A stretch of DNA of 64,000 nucleotides from Candidatus Kaiserbacteria bacterium. Its GTDB lineage: Bacteria > Patescibacteriota > Minisyncoccia > Phycocordibacterales > UBA918. Both the position numbers and the translations under genes were made by a program. The notes beneath the pieces were generated by a model. It was not told the origin of the DNA. It made no database searches and worked only from the letters and a program-made list of their open reading frames with translations. Shown here piece after piece: positions 57,151 to 64,000 of the stretch. Numbering within the stretch: position 1 is the stretch's first letter; every line of letters starts with the position of its first letter. The stretch lies in the NCBI GenBank assembly GCA_019634005.1, contig JAHQWD010000003.1, positions 2,525-66,524 on the forward strand, given 5' to 3'.

Positions 57151-57645
57151 CTATTTCCCAACCTTCACGTTCAGTTTTGTTGCTCGGTCTTTATCTATAC
57201 GGGGAAGAGAGATCTCAAGGAGTCCGTGTTTTTCCTGTGCCTCTGCTTCATCAATTACAATTTCGTCTGGAAGAAGGATCGTGCGAGAAAATGATCCCCA
57301 GAATAGCTCACGATGGAAGTATTTATCATCAGGCACTTCCTGCATTTCTTCACGCTGCCCTTTGATGGTCACCATATCGCGCGTAATTGCGATGTCAAGA
57401 TCACTCGGCTTTACCCCTGCGACAAGCGCTCGTATAACAATAGCGTCGTCTGTCTGGAACATATCGATAGGGAGTTCCCCCTCAGCCTCTTCTTCTTGTG
57501 CAGGAGTTTCATCCCACTCATCACCAGATTCCATCTCTGGTTCACTGAACTCTTCTTCTTGGTACATCTCGTCAGTCTCAAATTCGTCCGCGTCGTAAGA
57601 GTCGGTACCGGTGAGTCGTTCAAGGAATGATGGTTTTTTAATCAT
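57151..57645 (-). CDS. Hsp20/alpha-crystallin family small heat-shock protein
   Basis: Alpha-crystallin domain with a C-terminal GLLEISLPRIDKDRATKLNVKV-type motif. Acidic N-terminus. Confidence 0.8.
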   Translation of the reverse strand: MIKKPSFLERLTGTDSYDADEFETDEMYQEEEFSEPEMESGDEWDETPAQEEEAEGELPIDMFQTDDAIVIRALVAGVKPSDLDIAITRDMVTIKGQREEMQEVPDDKYFHRELFWGSFSRTILLPDEIVIDEAEAQEKHGLLEISLPRIDKDRATKLNVKVGK

Positions 57646-58337
57646 AGTGTTTTATTGTGGTTTCGCTGTAAGAGTTTAACTTTTTCAAAGGCGAAAAAGA
57701 GGATAATAATGCCAAGCCAGACGAAGAGGAACACGTTAAGCAGTGCACCTCCACTTGACTTAATTATAAAAAAGTTAAATATAGCGTGCAATACTATGGC
57801 AATGAATAACCCAAGTGTTGCGAAAAGGATCTTCATTGCATCTTTTTTGTAATACGCGAGTGCCATAGCAACACCAATCGTTCCAGAGGAGAGTACATGA
57901 AGAAGGGTTGCACCAAGAAAACGGAAGTTTCCTGTGAGTAAAAAGTCCGAGATGTCACCTGCAGATATTGGAGTAAAGATAAAAAGAGCATTCTCTAATG
58001 CAGAAAAACCAAGTGCAATAGTGATCATGTAGATGATGTAATCAATTGGTTCATCAACATGGCAATGCCACAGAACAACAACAAGTGCACCTCCGTACTT
58101 AAGCACCTCTTCTATAACCACCCAAGCAAAAATAGAAGTTGTTTCAGAAAACTGTGCATTTGCGTACCATTGAAGAAATAGAGCAACGGGTACGAGAAGC
58201 ATACCTGCTACAAAAGTTCGAATCACCAATCTTCGCGGTTCTGGGTGTAGTTTATCTTCTCGCAACCAAAACCACAGCCAAAAGAAGGCAGGTATTACAC
58301 CTCCTAAAAATGCCCACACAAGAGGCGGTAGTGTCAT
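57642..58337 (-). CDS. PrsW-family intramembrane metalloprotease
   Basis: EEVLKYG and FSALENALF motifs with an HAIFN His. ~8 TM helices. Confidence 0.7.
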   Translation of the reverse strand: MTLPPLVWAFLGGVIPAFFWLWFWLREDKLHPEPRRLVIRTFVAGMLLVPVALFLQWYANAQFSETTSIFAWVVIEEVLKYGGALVVVLWHCHVDEPIDYIIYMITIALGFSALENALFIFTPISAGDISDFLLTGNFRFLGATLLHVLSSGTIGVAMALAYYKKDAMKILFATLGLFIAIVLHAIFNFFIIKSSGGALLNVFLFVWLGIIILFFAFEKVKLLQRNHNKTL

Positions 58338-58462
58338 GGGTGTAGTATAGCATCGGAAGAGGGAATTCTATTAAAATATTCAGCTTGCTTGTATTCTTGA
58401 TATAATGAGTCATACGTTGTATATTTCGTCTGGATTCAAAAAACCAACAGAAGGTAAAGACA

Positions 58463-59188
58463 ATGGGACTTCTTATTTCAGAACGATTGATTGTTGCCGC
58501 TGACTTTGATTGTCAAAGTCGGTGTGAGCTGAAACAGCAGGTACTAAGGTTTGCGGATAGTATTGCCGATACCGGCGTCATCATCAAGGTCAACTTCGCA
58601 CTGCGCGCCTGCGGGTATGACCTCATCGATGAGCTCAAAAGCCGCGGTCTTAAGGTTTTCGCAGACCTTAAGCTCACGGACATCAGTGCTACTTTGCAGA
58701 AGGATGGATATCTTCTGCGTGAAGCAGCTCCAGAACTCCTTACGGTGATGTGTGCCAATAGCCAGAAGGCGCTTCGGGCTCTCAAGGGAGAGTTGCCGTA
58801 TACGGAGGTCTTGGGCGTGACGGTCCTGACGGAGTTCACCGAGGCAGAGGTCGATGGTATATATAAGACCTCTGTCGAAGATGCTGTCGTGCAGTTTGCA
58901 CGAACCGCATTCACGACAAACCTTGACGGGCTGATCTCAGCTCCAAAAGAGGTGAATCATCTCCGCGCAATCTTCGGAAAAAAACTGACGCTGAACACAC
59001 CTGCTATTCGTCCCGCATGGGCGACGGTCAAAGGCGACGATCAGAACCTCAAGCGGTCCATGACACCCGTAGAGGCGATTGCTGCTGGCGCTGATCGGCT
59101 GGTGGTTGGTCGACCCATTACGGGTGCTGACAAACCGCTTGATGCGGTAATGCGGACGCTTGAGGAGATTGAAAAGGCGACCAGCTAG
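58463..59188 (+). CDS. pyrF: orotidine 5'-phosphate decarboxylase
   Basis: IVAADFD, VFADLKLTDI (D-x-K-x-x-D), VLGVTVLTE and NTPAIRP...MTPVEAIAAGADRLVVGRPIT. Aligns along its length with E. coli PyrF. GC is ~55%. Confidence 0.85.
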   Translation: MGLLISERLIVAADFDCQSRCELKQQVLRFADSIADTGVIIKVNFALRACGYDLIDELKSRGLKVFADLKLTDISATLQKDGYLLREAAPELLTVMCANSQKALRALKGELPYTEVLGVTVLTEFTEAEVDGIYKTSVEDAVVQFARTAFTTNLDGLISAPKEVNHLRAIFGKKLTLNTPAIRPAWATVKGDDQNLKRSMTPVEAIAAGADRLVVGRPITGADKPLDAVMRTLEEIEKATS

Positions 59189-59280
59189 CAGACTTTCTGT
59201 GTCAGAAAAAGGTACCCTGTATTGCATAGAGCGATACAGGGTATTTTCTCTATTCACGGTTTTTTGACAAAAAACCGTGA

Positions 59281-59748
59281 ATGGAAACATCAAAATCCCG
59301 TAGGTATGTTAAGTTTAATAGTATGGAAGACATCTTATTACCCATTCACCTCACAACACTCGCACTACTGTTTCTTGTAGTCCTGTACACAGATCATCTC
59401 GGTTTTTCTTGGTTACGTGGCAAACAGGAGACACTCCCGAAAAGGAAGATGAACATTCTGCACCAGGTTGTGTGGGCAGGACTTATCATTATTATCATCT
59501 CAGGTGCGTTTATGGCGTTTCCGCTCAGAGACTATCTTTTCTATACGCCAGCATTTTATTTCAAGATGTTCTTTGTACTGGCGTTAGTCATTAACGCATT
59601 TTTCATCGGACGCATACTCCATGTTGCTAGCGAGAGACCATACGCGTCTCTTACAAGAGTAGAAAAGACGCCACTCTTTGTCAGTGGAGTTGTCTCAACA
59701 GCCAGTTGGACAGGTGCAGTTATTTCAGCACTCCTCATGGGTCTTTGA
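59281..59748 (+). CDS. hypothetical membrane protein
   Basis: 4 TM helices. The start could be 59323. Confidence 0.45.
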   Translation: METSKSRRYVKFNSMEDILLPIHLTTLALLFLVVLYTDHLGFSWLRGKQETLPKRKMNILHQVVWAGLIIIIISGAFMAFPLRDYLFYTPAFYFKMFFVLALVINAFFIGRILHVASERPYASLTRVEKTPLFVSGVVSTASWTGAVISALLMGL

Positions 59749-59785
59749 TATACTTGAGGTATATACACTAATCAGATTATTGTTC

Positions 59786-60211
59786 ATGAAATACTTTATA
59801 ATTCTTCTTGCAGTTGTTATCGTGGGGGTTCTTTGGTTCCATCTGACAGACAAAGCCGAGCAATTAGATCCAACTCCTCAAGAGACTGCCACCATGGAAG
59901 AGAACAGTGAACAAGATCTGGAAGAAATAGAGCCAGATGTAACTTTTAAGGTTACAGGAGTTAATTACTCGTACAATGTGAAGGAGATGCGCGTAAAGAA
60001 GGGGGATGTCGTTCGTATTGATTTCACTTCAAATCTCGGATTTCATGACTGGGTTGTCGATGAATTCAGTGCAAAAACAAAGACGCTTCGTCCTGGAACA
60101 TCAGATTCCATCACATTTGTTGCGGATAAAGTTGGAACTTTTGAGTACTATTGTTCTGTAGGGTCTCACCGAGAACAGGGGATGGTGGGATCACTCATTG
60201 TTGAGGAGTAA
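59786..60211 (+). CDS. cupredoxin-like (blue copper) domain protein, membrane-anchored
   Basis: TM anchor. Candidate Cu ligands: His in GFHDW, then C-x4-H-x4-M in YYCSVGSHREQGMVG. Confidence 0.6.
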   Translation: MKYFIILLAVVIVGVLWFHLTDKAEQLDPTPQETATMEENSEQDLEEIEPDVTFKVTGVNYSYNVKEMRVKKGDVVRIDFTSNLGFHDWVVDEFSAKTKTLRPGTSDSITFVADKVGTFEYYCSVGSHREQGMVGSLIVEE

Positions 60212-60214
60212 TAT

Positions 60215-60511
60215 TTGACAAAAGATACCATCTGTATATACTTTAGATATATGAAGACGCAGATGAACATAAAGATTGATGAAAAAATAAAGGAAACTGC
60301 TCAGAAGAAAGCGGCTGAACTTGGTTTGTCTCTCAGTTCTGTAGTGAACGCAACACTCTCACAGTTTGCGCGCACTGGTGAACTCTCTGTGCGTACCACT
60401 AGCCCAAAACTCAATATGATGGTTGCTGATGCACGGAAAGAATTAAAAGAAGGAAAGACAGAAGGACCTTTTTCTACTGCTGACGATATGATAGATAGTC
60501 TTGATGCATAA
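60215..60511 (+). CDS. RelB/DinJ-family antitoxin
   Basis: MNIKIDEKIKETAQKKAAELGLSLSSVVNATLSQF. The start is probably 60251 or 60263. Confidence 0.7.
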   Translation: MTKDTICIYFRYMKTQMNIKIDEKIKETAQKKAAELGLSLSSVVNATLSQFARTGELSVRTTSPKLNMMVADARKELKEGKTEGPFSTADDMIDSLDA

Positions 60512-60516
60512 TATCT

Positions 60517-60786
60517 TTGCTTGGTATGGAAGTACACTACTCAAGCGGATTTAAGAAGCAGTACAAGAAACTTTCTCCAAGCACCCAGTTACGATTTAAA
60601 GATAGACTCAGAACATTTATACGCAATCCACGTGCACCACAACTACGCTACCATAAGTTGCATGGAGAATATGCGGGCTTGTGGAGCATAAATATTACAG
60701 GAGACATTCGAGCAGTTATTGATGTCTCACATAAAGGAGGAGTGCTATTTATAGCAATTGGCTCGCATAGTCAGTTGTATGGATGA
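60517..60786 (+). CDS. YafQ/RelE-family toxin (mRNA interferase)
   Basis: FKKQYKKLSP...HKLHGEYAGLWSINITGDIRAVI. Confidence 0.7.
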   Translation: MLGMEVHYSSGFKKQYKKLSPSTQLRFKDRLRTFIRNPRAPQLRYHKLHGEYAGLWSINITGDIRAVIDVSHKGGVLFIAIGSHSQLYG

Positions 60787-60790
60787 AAGA

Positions 60791-62986
60791 TTAACCTGGC
60801 CACTTCGCAACCATAAGCATCTCACTGTCTTTCTCTGGAAGATGCTGCCAAATGGTCTCGGTCACAAATGGCATAAAGGGATGAAGTATCTTCAGTGACG
60901 TCGTAAGACACTCATATAGCACGTACTGTCGTGCATTCTTTGCGTCAGTATCTTCTCCATTGAGAATAGGTTTAGACTCCTCGAGAATCTTGTCTGCAAG
61001 TTCATGCCATACATAGTGGTAGGCCTTCTCCGCGGCGAGGTAGAGTTGGAACTTGTCTATATCACCAGATACCTCCCGAACCATCGTCTGTAGATTATCG
61101 AGGATCTCCTGGTCTTCTGCTCCAAGTGTATCTGGTTTTTGAGGCACTTCCTCGATGTTGGTCAGAATAAATCTCGTGATATTCCACAGTTTGTTTGCAA
61201 AGTGTTTATATCCCTTTACCTTACTCTCGTCAAAACGAAGATCATTTCCGATAGCAGTTCCCACAAGGAGTCCCATACGGAGTGCATCTGCACCGTATTT
61301 CTCAATCATCTCAATAGGATCAATACCATTGTTGAGGGATTTACTAAACTTTCTACCAGACTTGTCTCGCACCAGTCCATGGATCATAACTGTCTTAAAC
61401 GGTACCTGTCCGAGGTGAAATGCACTCATGAGAATCATGCGAGACACCCAGAGCGGAAGAATCTCGTACGCAGGGGACATGAAGGCTGTCGGATGAAATG
61501 TCTTGAGGTCTGCAGTTTCTTCTGGCCATCCAAGTGTAGAGAATGTCCAAAGAGCGGAAGAGAACCATGTATCGAGCACATCCTCTTCTTGTGTCCATCC
61601 TTCTCCTTCAGGTGTGGTGACACCACAGTGTATCTCGTCACCCTTATACCACACAGGGATACGGTGTCCGAACCAGATCTGTCGAGAAATACACCAGTCT
61701 CGGAGATTATCAATCCAATGGAAGTATGTTTTACGGAAACGTTCTTGTGGCATTGAGACCGACTCGCTCTCAACACTTGCACGCATGACTTCTACAAGAG
61801 TCGCCTCAGAACCAGATGCGATACCAGGGATCTCAGAGTGCTCTATGGTAAACGGTTTATTGACCGCAACCCACCACTGTAATTTTGGAAGTGGTTCAAT
61901 TACAGCACCAGTACGCTCTGATGTAGAGATATTCTGATCCACCTCCTCCTCTTTCTCAAGAAGATTCTCTTCCTTGAGCCACGTAACGACCGCCTCACGT
62001 GCAGCGTCCACTTTAAGATTCTCAAGACGGCCAGAGACCATCATTTTGGCATACTCATTGATAACCTGTGGGCGGGGGAGATCATTTTTCTCTGCAATTT
62101 CCCAATCTATGTGGCTGTGTGCAGGCGTAACACCAAGCGCTCCAGTTCCAAACTCCATATCAACACCATCATCGGCAACAACGGTAATGTGGAGGGGTAC
62201 ATCACAGAAGGTAAGATCGTATTCTTTTCCGATGAATTCTTGGTATCGTGTGTCGTCAGGATGGACGGCAACAGCAACATCACCCACTTTCGTCTCAGGA
62301 CGAGTGGTGGAGATGGCGATGGGGAAGTCTGAAGAATATTTAAATGTGTAGAGTACTCCTTTACGCTCTTCGTGCACAACCTCGTCATCAGAGATGGTCG
62401 TCTGCCCTTTTGGATCCCAGTTTACAATGCGATTGCCTCGATAGATAAGTCCTGCATCATACATTCTCTTAAACGCAGTACTTACCGCCAAGGTTCGTTT
62501 CTCATCAAGGGTGTACGCGTAGCGGCTCCAATCCAATGATGCTCCAACGCGTCTCACTTGGCTCAGGATAGTATCCTCACTATTCTTCGCAAACTCTGAT
62601 ACACGGCGTACTAACTCCTCTCGTCCGAGATCATGTCGTGTTTTATTCTCTTCTTTACGAATGTTTTTCTCTACTCGTGCCTGGGTTGCGATAGCGGCAG
62701 AGTCTGTCCCAGGTACCCAGAGGGTCTTTTTGCCATTCATGCGGTGGTAACGAACAAATGCATCTTGGAGAGAATCCTCGTAGGCGTGTCCAATGTGGAG
62801 TACCCCTGTTACGTTTGGGGGTGGTAATACGACAGAAAATGTCTCCGCATCAGCATCAGTAACACCTTTTTCTACACAGGTATCTGGATTAAAATAGCCG
62901 CTCTTTTCCCAAAGGGCGTATACGTCTTTCTCGTTTGCTTCGGAATCGTATGGTGAAAGGAATATGTCAGGAATCTGGTCACTCAT
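60791..62986 (-). CDS. valS: valyl-tRNA synthetase (short form, 731 aa)
   Basis: PPPNVTGVLHIGHA (HIGH motif), WVPGTDSAAIATQ and KFSKS (KMSKS motif). Lacks the long C-terminal coiled coil of canonical ValRS. Confidence 0.85.
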   Translation of the reverse strand: MSDQIPDIFLSPYDSEANEKDVYALWEKSGYFNPDTCVEKGVTDADAETFSVVLPPPNVTGVLHIGHAYEDSLQDAFVRYHRMNGKKTLWVPGTDSAAIATQARVEKNIRKEENKTRHDLGREELVRRVSEFAKNSEDTILSQVRRVGASLDWSRYAYTLDEKRTLAVSTAFKRMYDAGLIYRGNRIVNWDPKGQTTISDDEVVHEERKGVLYTFKYSSDFPIAISTTRPETKVGDVAVAVHPDDTRYQEFIGKEYDLTFCDVPLHITVVADDGVDMEFGTGALGVTPAHSHIDWEIAEKNDLPRPQVINEYAKMMVSGRLENLKVDAAREAVVTWLKEENLLEKEEEVDQNISTSERTGAVIEPLPKLQWWVAVNKPFTIEHSEIPGIASGSEATLVEVMRASVESESVSMPQERFRKTYFHWIDNLRDWCISRQIWFGHRIPVWYKGDEIHCGVTTPEGEGWTQEEDVLDTWFSSALWTFSTLGWPEETADLKTFHPTAFMSPAYEILPLWVSRMILMSAFHLGQVPFKTVMIHGLVRDKSGRKFSKSLNNGIDPIEMIEKYGADALRMGLLVGTAIGNDLRFDESKVKGYKHFANKLWNITRFILTNIEEVPQKPDTLGAEDQEILDNLQTMVREVSGDIDKFQLYLAAEKAYHYVWHELADKILEESKPILNGEDTDAKNARQYVLYECLTTSLKILHPFMPFVTETIWQHLPEKDSEMLMVAKWPG

Positions 62987-63011
62987 GAATCAAATAGTAC
63001 CAGTTTTAGCC

Positions 63012-64000
63012 CTATGCGCAAATAGAACGATTTCCATCAGCAGCAAGAGAATCAAGATTTTCTGGATTATTGGCATGTGCATGTCCCGCAAGTGCAATCA
63101 TAATGGCATTATCGGTTGAGAGAGTTCTGTTAGGAAGATATAGATTTACTTCATCTCCAAACATTTTCTCAAAAGACGCTCTAATATGTATATTTGCAGT
63201 GACACCGCCGCCGAGGATGAGAGACTGTGCTCCAATTTCCTCTACAGCACTCCTTGTTTTTGCGAGGAGTACTTCGGTCACCACGTCTTCAAAGTCTCGT
63301 GCGAGGGCTGCCTTTTGGTCTTCATCAAGTTCTGTGTCTTGGATTGCATAGCGTACAGCAGTCTTAAGACCAGAGAACGAGAAATCTAGATCTCCAGAAT
63401 GAAGCATTGGCCTTGGAAGTTCTGTGTACTCAGGGAGATCTTTTTCTCTTCCAATCTTCGCCAACCTACTTATCTCTGGTCCACCTGGATACGGAAGTCC
63501 CATCATACGCGCTACCTTATCAAAAGCTTCACCAACTGCGTCGTCTCGTGTCTCACCGAGCAGTCGATAGTTTTGCCAGTCCTCACTTACCACCAATTGT
63601 GTATGTCCGCCTGAGATGAGAAGCGAAACGGCGGGGAAGGAAAGTGGTGCAAGTCTTTCTCCATCAAAAACAGAAGAGAGAATATGTCCTTCCATGTGAT
63701 TTGTTGGAATGACAGGAACGTGTAGAAGAGAAGCAAGCGCACGTGCAAAGTTTACCCCCACCCACAGTGCTGGTTCTAACCCTGGTCCGTTGGTGACTGC
63801 GATCAGATCTATACCTTTGATTTCATATTTCTGGAAAAATGCAGTGAGTGCTTCTGCCAAACCTTCCTCATGTGAGAGCATGTCTGTGAGGTGTGCGAAT
63901 GTTTCATTGGGAAGTCTCTCTGCACGATCTTGAAGCATTTCTGCCTCTCGGAGCGCTTTCTCAAGCATCGGAATGACCGTCTTTACATGCTCTCGTTTGG
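63012..64000 (-). CDS. tsaD: tRNA N6-adenosine threonylcarbamoyltransferase TsaD (5' end beyond window)
   Basis: TNGPGLEPALWVGVNFARALASLLHVPVIPTNHMEGH. The reading frame stays open upstream to the window edge (…KREHVKTVIPMLEK…). Confidence 0.85.
   Translation of the reverse strand, partial: KREHVKTVIPMLEKALREAEMLQDRAERLPNETFAHLTDMLSHEEGLAEALTAFFQKYEIKGIDLIAVTNGPGLEPALWVGVNFARALASLLHVPVIPTNHMEGHILSSVFDGERLAPLSFPAVSLLISGGHTQLVVSEDWQNYRLLGETRDDAVGEAFDKVARMMGLPYPGGPEISRLAKIGREKDLPEYTELPRPMLHSGDLDFSFSGLKTAVRYAIQDTELDEDQKAALARDFEDVVTEVLLAKTRSAVEEIGAQSLILGGGVTANIHIRASFEKMFGDEVNLYLPNRTLSTDNAIMIALAGHAHANNPENLDSLAADGNRSICA

Overview
This 64 kb window is mostly housekeeping genes at roughly 45% GC. From left to right the recognisable genes are ligA, gatC, gatA, a tRNA cluster, prfB, ftsE, ftsX, pyrG, a DEAD-box helicase, typA, rnj, secG, groES, groEL, htpX, nrdB, rnpB, murJ, lepA, pyrF, valS and a partial tsaD. 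Small genes, N-truncated RF2 and ValRS, and FeS-less DNA glycosylases suggest a reduced-genome, possibly Patescibacteria/CPR-like bacterium; that lineage call is inference only. There are eight tRNAs: fMet, Met/Ile2(CAT), Asp, Thr, Gln, Ser, Arg and Phe. Most tRNA and gene units end in clear intrinsic terminators. The most unusual region is 5.7-7.9 kb. A tRNA-Asp(GUC) there is split in its anticodon by a ~241-nt group I intron. A free-standing double-motif LAGLIDADG homing endonuclease gene sits immediately upstream of exon 1. Downstream, a ~700-bp single-ORF segment is bracketed by a 44-bp direct repeat that duplicates the tRNA 3' end plus its terminator. Other candidates for new biology are listed next. 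(1) A minus-strand operon pairs a truncated class-I aaRS-like (MetRS-like) paralog having degenerate HIGH/KMSKS motifs with a nucleotidyltransferase-alpha/beta-hydrolase fusion protein. (2) A 60%-GC patch upstream of rnpB has a consensus promoter, a 48-66-aa Ala/Ile/Thr-rich ORF and a strong terminator on the minus strand; it is a small protein or an sRNA of unknown identity. (3) A tandem pair of M14-like carboxypeptidase paralogs sits next to a bacterial SET-domain protein; one paralog has lost three predicted metal/catalytic residues. (4) GC-rich, probably horizontally acquired genes include an orphan ParB-like protein, pyrF and a small secreted protein. (5) Arg-rich N-terminal extensions are present on both RNase J and the DEAD-box helicase. 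(6) There are two toxin-antitoxin pairs, VapBC-like and DinJ/YafQ-like, and several palindromic operators. No CRISPR array, rRNA or integrase/transposase gene was seen.
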